From Candidatus Altarchaeum sp. (GTDB lineage: Archaea > Altiarchaeota > Altiarchaeia > Altiarchaeales > Altiarchaeaceae), in NCBI GenBank assembly GCA_018260615.1, contig JAGWDQ010000134.1, positions 1 to 20,739 on the forward strand: DNA of 20,739 nt, read 5' to 3'. The notes under the pieces are model-generated. The model did no database searches and had not been told where the DNA came from. It worked only from the letters and a program-made list of their open reading frames with translations. The translations under genes and the position numbers were made by a program. Each line of letters opens with the position of its first letter. Position 1 is the first letter of the stretch. Shown here piece by piece: positions 16,433 to 20,739 of this stretch.

Positions 16433-17842
16433 ATGGCTGAAAAAAATAACGATGTAGAAATTACATTATTCGGAGAAGAAGAAAATAAAAACATACTTGA
16501 AAAAATACTGAAAAGCAAGGCAAAGATAAAATTTAAAAATTTCAAGTTACTTGCCGATGATGCGGAAATTATATTTCCTTCGTTTCATGCACAAAAGGCA
16601 TTACTTGAAAAATCAACAGGTAAAGAAAAGGCAATTCTTGAACGGCTGATGAAAGGCGGTGGGGCAATAACGATTGAGGACTTTGAAGCAAGCGGCGAAG
16701 AATTTGAAATAACCCTTCCTTCGTTTGTTCAGCAGATTATAACCGCAGGATTTGGCGGAGGAAGAGGAATGCAGGGTGCAGAGTCAGTAAGGGCAATTGA
16801 AAGATTACTTGAATTTAAATTTGATATTTCAAAAATTACTGAAAAATATCCGATGCAGATATCGGAGGTAACATTGGGAGCAACGAGAACAGAAGGAGGA
16901 AGCCGGGATACGAGTGTAAAAATTGGCGGACAAAAGACAATGCCGTTTTATTTCTTTGAAAGTTCTTCAGGCAATAAGCCGGTTATTTCCAATGATGTAT
17001 TTGACATACCTGAGGGAGTTCCAAGAGTTGTGAAAGAGTGTTTTAAAATAGGTGATAAGACAGATAAAGAAATAATGGCAGATGCCGGAGAATGGGCAAA
17101 ATTCAGAGTTGAAAAATCCAATGCAAAGGTAGTGACTATTCATTTAATCAGCACAGATCCGAATGTTAAAGATGCAAGTGTTCAGGATGCGATGAAAACA
17201 GTTGCCCATATATTGCAGTCGGTTAAAGTTCCTATTGTTGTCGGCGGTTCGGGAAATCCTGTAAAAGACCCTTTAATATTTAAAGAAGCGGCAGAGATGT
17301 TTGCCGGAGAACGACTATTATTTTCAACAATTGCCGGTGATATGGAATATGAAGATGTTGTTAAAGCATGTACCAGATACGGTCACAACCTTGGAACGCT
17401 TGTTTCAATGAATCCTGATGATATGAGGCGTCTGAACGGCGGCATATTAAAGGCGGGACTGCCAAGAAACCAGTTAACAATGGATCCGTTTACAGCAGGA
17501 GTTGGTTACGGAATAGAATATTCAATTTCTTCACTGGAAAGATGTCGTCTGGCTGGATTATTGGGCGAGGAATCGCTCGCGGTTCCGATAATATCTGCAA
17601 CTTCAAATGTATGGGCGGCGAGAGAGGCGTGGAAGAAAAATGATGAATGGGGACCAAGAGAACTAAGAGGTCCATTATATGAGTCAGCAACCGGACTTGT
17701 AGCGTTGTTGTGCGGAGCGGACATATTTTATTCATTAGATGTGCTTGCTATTGAATTGTTAAACAAAATCATTGATTCCACTCACGAATTAAAAGAAGAA
17801 ATGGATAAGAAAAGTAACTATCTTTCATGGATTACTGCGTAA
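16433..17842 (+). CDS. cdhD: Acetyl-CoA decarbonylase/synthase delta subunit (small subunit of corrinoid Fe-S protein) with an N-terminal extension of about 110 aa
   Basis: LGATRTEGGSR..VKIGGQKTMPFY, VTIHLISTDP, PIVVGGSGNPVKDP, MDPFTAGVGYGIEYS, ERCRLAGL.G and final WI are CdhD/AcsD signatures. Confidence 0.95.
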   Translation: MAEKNNDVEITLFGEEENKNILEKILKSKAKIKFKNFKLLADDAEIIFPSFHAQKALLEKSTGKEKAILERLMKGGGAITIEDFEASGEEFEITLPSFVQQIITAGFGGGRGMQGAESVRAIERLLEFKFDISKITEKYPMQISEVTLGATRTEGGSRDTSVKIGGQKTMPFYFFESSSGNKPVISNDVFDIPEGVPRVVKECFKIGDKTDKEIMADAGEWAKFRVEKSNAKVVTIHLISTDPNVKDASVQDAMKTVAHILQSVKVPIVVGGSGNPVKDPLIFKEAAEMFAGERLLFSTIAGDMEYEDVVKACTRYGHNLGTLVSMNPDDMRRLNGGILKAGLPRNQLTMDPFTAGVGYGIEYSISSLERCRLAGLLGEESLAVPIISATSNVWAAREAWKKNDEWGPRELRGPLYESATGLVALLCGADIFYSLDVLAIELLNKIIDSTHELKEEMDKKSNYLSWITA

Positions 17843-17880
17843 GACATTTAAAAATTTAAAATTTAAAAAATCTACAAAAA

Positions 17881-18017
17881 TTGACCAAAGAAGGGAGTGA
17901 AGTCGTGACATTTTGTCACGGGTTGAAGTTGTTATCTCATGATAAAAAATGAGGGAGACAAATTGTGCAAAGACAGAAAGCATATTTAGAATTATAATGT
18001 CAATTCCTTCAAATAAA
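17881..18017 (+). pseudogene. Internal fragment of a third Bro-N paralogue with a frameshift in an A6 run
   Basis: LTKEGSEVVTFCHGLKLLSHDKK, then in the shifted frame MRETNCAKTESIFRIIMSIPSNK, matching the downstream genes' KYTTDCANTENIFRIIQSIPSPK. One extra A at 17944-17949 would join the two frames. Confidence 0.8.
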
Positions 18018-18030
18018 GATTGTGAAATAC

Positions 18031-18081
18031 TGAAAATCTATAGGATTTTCAATCTTTAAAAATCTGTAAGATTTTTAAATA
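18031..18081. repeat. 31-bp palindromic repeat copy 2, preceded by a variant palindrome
   Basis: 18051-18081 equals 9485-9515. tgaaaatc-tatag-gattttca at 18031-18051 is a second, related inverted repeat. Confidence 0.85.
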
Positions 18082-18163
18082 AATTTAAACCGTAAAATTT
18101 TAGGAGCAATTTCCAAAACAAATTCACTTTAAGTCAAAGGCATATAAATTTATTACAATTAAA

Positions 18164-19039
18164 ATGGAATCAGATAACGCATTAGTTGTATTTCAGGGAA
18201 ATGGCATCAGAAGAAGATGGTATAACGAACAATGGCATTTTGTAATTGTAGATGTTGTTGAGATTTTAACTAATTCGTTACAACCCGAAGGGTATATTAA
18301 AGATATGCGGCGGCGAGACCCTGAACTTTCTAAAGGGTGGGGGCAAATTGCCACCCCCCTTTTAATACAAACTAAAGGTGGACCCCAGAAAATAAATTGT
18401 GCCAGTACAGAAGGAATTTTTCGTATTATACAGTCAATTCCTTCCCCTAAAGCAGAACCTTTTAAGAGATGGCTTGCCAAAGTCGGTTACGAGCGAATAC
18501 AGGAAATAGAAAACCCTGAAATTGCACAGGAACGGGCAAAGGAATACTATGAACTTAAAGGTTATCCTAAGGACTGGATTGATAAACGGCTCAGGGGAAT
18601 CGCCATCAGGCAAGGATTAACAGACGAATGGAAACAGAGAGGGATTGAAGAGAAAAAGGAATATGCAATTCTCACAAATGAAATTTCAAAGGCAACATTT
18701 GGCGTATCAATCAAAAACCATAAAGAAATAAAAGGTCTTGACCCGAAGTTTAAAAACCAGAATTTACGAGACCACATGACGGATTTGGAATTAATTTTCA
18801 CAATGCTCGGCGAGGCATCAACAACAGAAATCGCAAGAAGTAAAGATGCACAAGGTTTTAATGAAAATATGAATGCTGCAAGAAAAGGCGGCGGAATTGC
18901 AGGAAATGCGAGACAGGAATTAGAATACGAATCAGGAAGGAAAGTTGTAAGTAGTGAAAATTATTTGGAAATTACAGGTAAAGTTCATAAAATTAAGAAA
19001 TTAGAGGACAAAAAATCAGAAAAGAAAACCGGCAAATAA
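18164..19039 (+). CDS. Bro-N domain protein (phage antirepressor-like DNA-binding protein), copy 1
   Basis: IRRRWYNEQWHFVIVDVVEIL, CASTEGIFRIIQSIPSPKAEPFKRWLAKVGYERI, NLRDHMTDLELIFTMLGEASTTEI. Confidence 0.85.
   Translation: MESDNALVVFQGNGIRRRWYNEQWHFVIVDVVEILTNSLQPEGYIKDMRRRDPELSKGWGQIATPLLIQTKGGPQKINCASTEGIFRIIQSIPSPKAEPFKRWLAKVGYERIQEIENPEIAQERAKEYYELKGYPKDWIDKRLRGIAIRQGLTDEWKQRGIEEKKEYAILTNEISKATFGVSIKNHKEIKGLDPKFKNQNLRDHMTDLELIFTMLGEASTTEIARSKDAQGFNENMNAARKGGGIAGNARQELEYESGRKVVSSENYLEITGKVHKIKKLEDKKSEKKTGK
18425..18839 (+). repeat. 415-bp identical block shared by the two Bro-N genes (partner 19309-19723)
   Basis: Read base by base from attatacagtcaattcc to gaaatcgcaagaa; no differences found. 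Offset 884 bp. Confidence 0.9.
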
Positions 19040-19044
19040 TTAAA

Positions 19045-19926
19045 ATGGAATCGGATAAAGCATTAGTTGTATTTCAGGGAAAGAAAATCAGAAGGGAGTG
19101 GTATAATAATGAATGGTACTTTTCAGTAGTTGATGTTATTGAAGTTTTAATTGACAGCCAAAGACCAAGGAAGTATTGGTCAGATTTAAAAGTCAATCTT
19201 CTGAATGAGGGTTTTGAGTTGTCCGATAAAATCGGACAACTGAAGTTGCTATCATCAGACGGTAAAAAATACACAACAGATTGTGCAAATACTGAAAATA
19301 TATTTAGGATTATACAGTCAATTCCTTCCCCTAAAGCAGAACCTTTTAAGAGATGGCTTGCCAAAGTCGGTTACGAGCGAATACAGGAAATAGAAAACCC
19401 TGAAATTGCACAGGAACGGGCAAAGGAATACTATGAACTTAAAGGTTATCCTAAGGACTGGATTGATAAACGGCTCAGGGGAATCGCCATCAGGCAAGGA
19501 TTAACAGACGAATGGAAACAGAGAGGGATTGAAGAGAAAAAGGAATATGCAATTCTCACAAATGAAATTTCAAAGGCAACATTTGGCGTATCAATCAAAA
19601 ACCATAAAGAAATAAAAGGTCTTGACCCGAAGTTTAAAAACCAGAATTTACGAGACCACATGACGGATTTGGAATTAATTTTCACAATGCTCGGCGAGGC
19701 ATCAACAACAGAAATCGCAAGAAACAGAGATGCGCAGGGGTTTCCTGAGAACCAGCGAGCTGCAAGAGAAGGAGGTGAAGTTGCAGGAATAGCAAGACAG
19801 GATCTTGAAAAAAAAACCGGTAAAAAGGTCATAAGCAAAGATAATTATCTGGAGATTAGAGGAAATGCGGAGAAATTATTGACTAATTCAAAAACCAAAA
19901 GAACTGATAAAACAAAACATCAATAG
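19045..19926 (+). CDS. Bro-N domain protein, copy 2
   Basis: IRREWYNNEWYFSVVDVIEVL, RKYWSDLK, QLKLLSSDGKKYTTDCANTENIFRIIQSIPSPKAEPF; same central core as copy 1. Confidence 0.85.
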   Translation: MESDKALVVFQGKKIRREWYNNEWYFSVVDVIEVLIDSQRPRKYWSDLKVNLLNEGFELSDKIGQLKLLSSDGKKYTTDCANTENIFRIIQSIPSPKAEPFKRWLAKVGYERIQEIENPEIAQERAKEYYELKGYPKDWIDKRLRGIAIRQGLTDEWKQRGIEEKKEYAILTNEISKATFGVSIKNHKEIKGLDPKFKNQNLRDHMTDLELIFTMLGEASTTEIARNRDAQGFPENQRAAREGGEVAGIARQDLEKKTGKKVISKDNYLEIRGNAEKLLTNSKTKRTDKTKHQ

Positions 19927-20030
19927 AAATTTAAATTTCAACATCATAAAATTTAACCTTTAAAAATAAACAAGGATAACATGGAACAAAGAGATAAATT
20001 TATACTTTACGAACATTAATTAATAATAAA

Positions 20031-20252
20031 ATGGAAACCGGAGAAATATTAAAAAAGGATTCTGAATGGCTATCTGAGAATATGGCAAAACTGCAGGAAA
20101 GTTATGAAGGCAAGTGGATTGCGATAGTAAATAAAAAGATAATTGCGTTTGGAAAAAACTTTGGAGAGGCATTTGACCTGGCAAAGAAGAAATTCCCAAA
20201 TATAAATCCGCTTATTGATTATGTTCCAAAAAAAGAGGCACTGATACTATAA
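20031..20252 (+). CDS. DUF5678-family small protein
   Basis: 73 aa, WLSENMAKLQESYEGKWIAIVNKKIIAFGKNFGEAFDLAKKKFP..PLIDYVP fits the recalled family pattern (Y.GKWIA...G...EA...A). Confidence 0.75.
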   Translation: METGEILKKDSEWLSENMAKLQESYEGKWIAIVNKKIIAFGKNFGEAFDLAKKKFPNINPLIDYVPKKEALIL

Positions 20253-20256
20253 AAAT

Positions 20257-20670
20257 ATGGAAACCTCAAAATACGAATTAGAATATTCCGAAAATTTCGG
20301 TAAAATTTTAAGACCGAAGGTCCTGGCAAGAATTATAAATCCCCTTACCGGTGACTTTATTGATGTTCGTTGTTATGTTGACACCGGAGCAGATATATCT
20401 CTCTTGCCACAGTCAGCCGGAAAAAGAATTAATCTGGATGTAGAATGCGGCAAGCGGGCGGTATTCCGAGGCATAAGCCAGAAAAAAGAATGCTCAGTAG
20501 AAGCATATATTCATGAAGTCAAAATCAGATTGTGTGAACATGAATTTGAATCCCTAATGGCATTTTCACCTGTTGAGGATTTGCCACCATTAGTTGGAAG
20601 ATTAAAAGCACTGGATTATTTTGAGATATGTCTAAACGGAAAAGAAATAAAATTTAAATATTTAATATAA
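20257..20670 (+). CDS. Retropepsin-like (clan AA) aspartyl protease
   Basis: Catalytic VDTGA motif, RPKVLARI upstream, PPLVGRL corresponding to the ILGR motif; 137-aa single domain. Starts 4 bp after the DUF5678 stop. Confidence 0.85.
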   Translation: METSKYELEYSENFGKILRPKVLARIINPLTGDFIDVRCYVDTGADISLLPQSAGKRINLDVECGKRAVFRGISQKKECSVEAYIHEVKIRLCEHEFESLMAFSPVEDLPPLVGRLKALDYFEICLNGKEIKFKYLI

Positions 20671-20739
20671 GCATGACTAAAAATGTAACTTCTCAATAAC
20701 TTGTGGAAAGATGATAAAACCAACTACTTGTTTGTAATA

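Noticed and set aside
17040-17080. Short apparent insertion KIGDKTDKE in CdhD as another palindromic insert
   Set aside because: No inverted repeat or second copy found in the DNA; probably ordinary loop variation.
17490-19838. Minus-strand ORFs opposite cdhD and the Bro-N genes (17490-17735, 17506-17724, 18193-18480, 18562-18801, 19074-19364, 19446-19838)
   Set aside because: Fully nested antisense to well-supported genes; their mutual similarity only mirrors the Bro-N duplication.
19981-20019. Mini-ORF MEQRDKFILYEH*, loosely like a RhuM-type N-terminus
   Set aside because: Only 12 codons; it overlaps the likely promoter of the DUF5678 gene and is indistinguishable from chance.
1-20739. 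Prophage, IS element or diversity-generating retroelement as the explanation for the Bro-N cassettes and repeats
   Set aside because: No integrase, transposase, reverse transcriptase or structural phage gene in the window. The 415-bp pair is identical rather than differing at adenines as a DGR template/variable pair would.

Overview
AT-rich archaeal-type window (inference: Altiarchaeota-like, from a Methanomicrobia-style CdhD, very low GC and TPR expansion; not provable from sequence alone). Left part (1-8676): a cell-surface glycosylation block with a Zn-motif SAM methyltransferase, a GT-C-like multipass membrane protein, a Wzx-type flippase and a 1338-aa surface protein built from five apparently identical 642-bp repeats. 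Middle (8692-17842): decayed genes, then Wood-Ljungdahl genes (RACo/AcsV activator, CdhD) interleaved with a Schlafen/AlbA_2-HATPase-wHTH gene, an unannotated 114-aa paralogue of the CdhD N-terminal extension and a 24-TPR lipoprotein. Right part: a Bro-N fragment, two tandem Bro-N genes sharing an identical 415-bp core, and a DUF5678 + retropepsin pair. Top leads: (1) three Bro-N variable regions each encoded by a different DNA palindrome centred on the same codon; (2) a 17-residue beta-type motif shared by the RACo tail, the 114-aa protein and the CdhD N-terminus, possibly a docking/scaffold system for ACDS; (3) a 23-bp GCGAAGC-hairpin element present both in-frame inside the RACo gene and just upstream of cdhD. 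No rRNA, tRNA, CRISPR array or transposase was seen.
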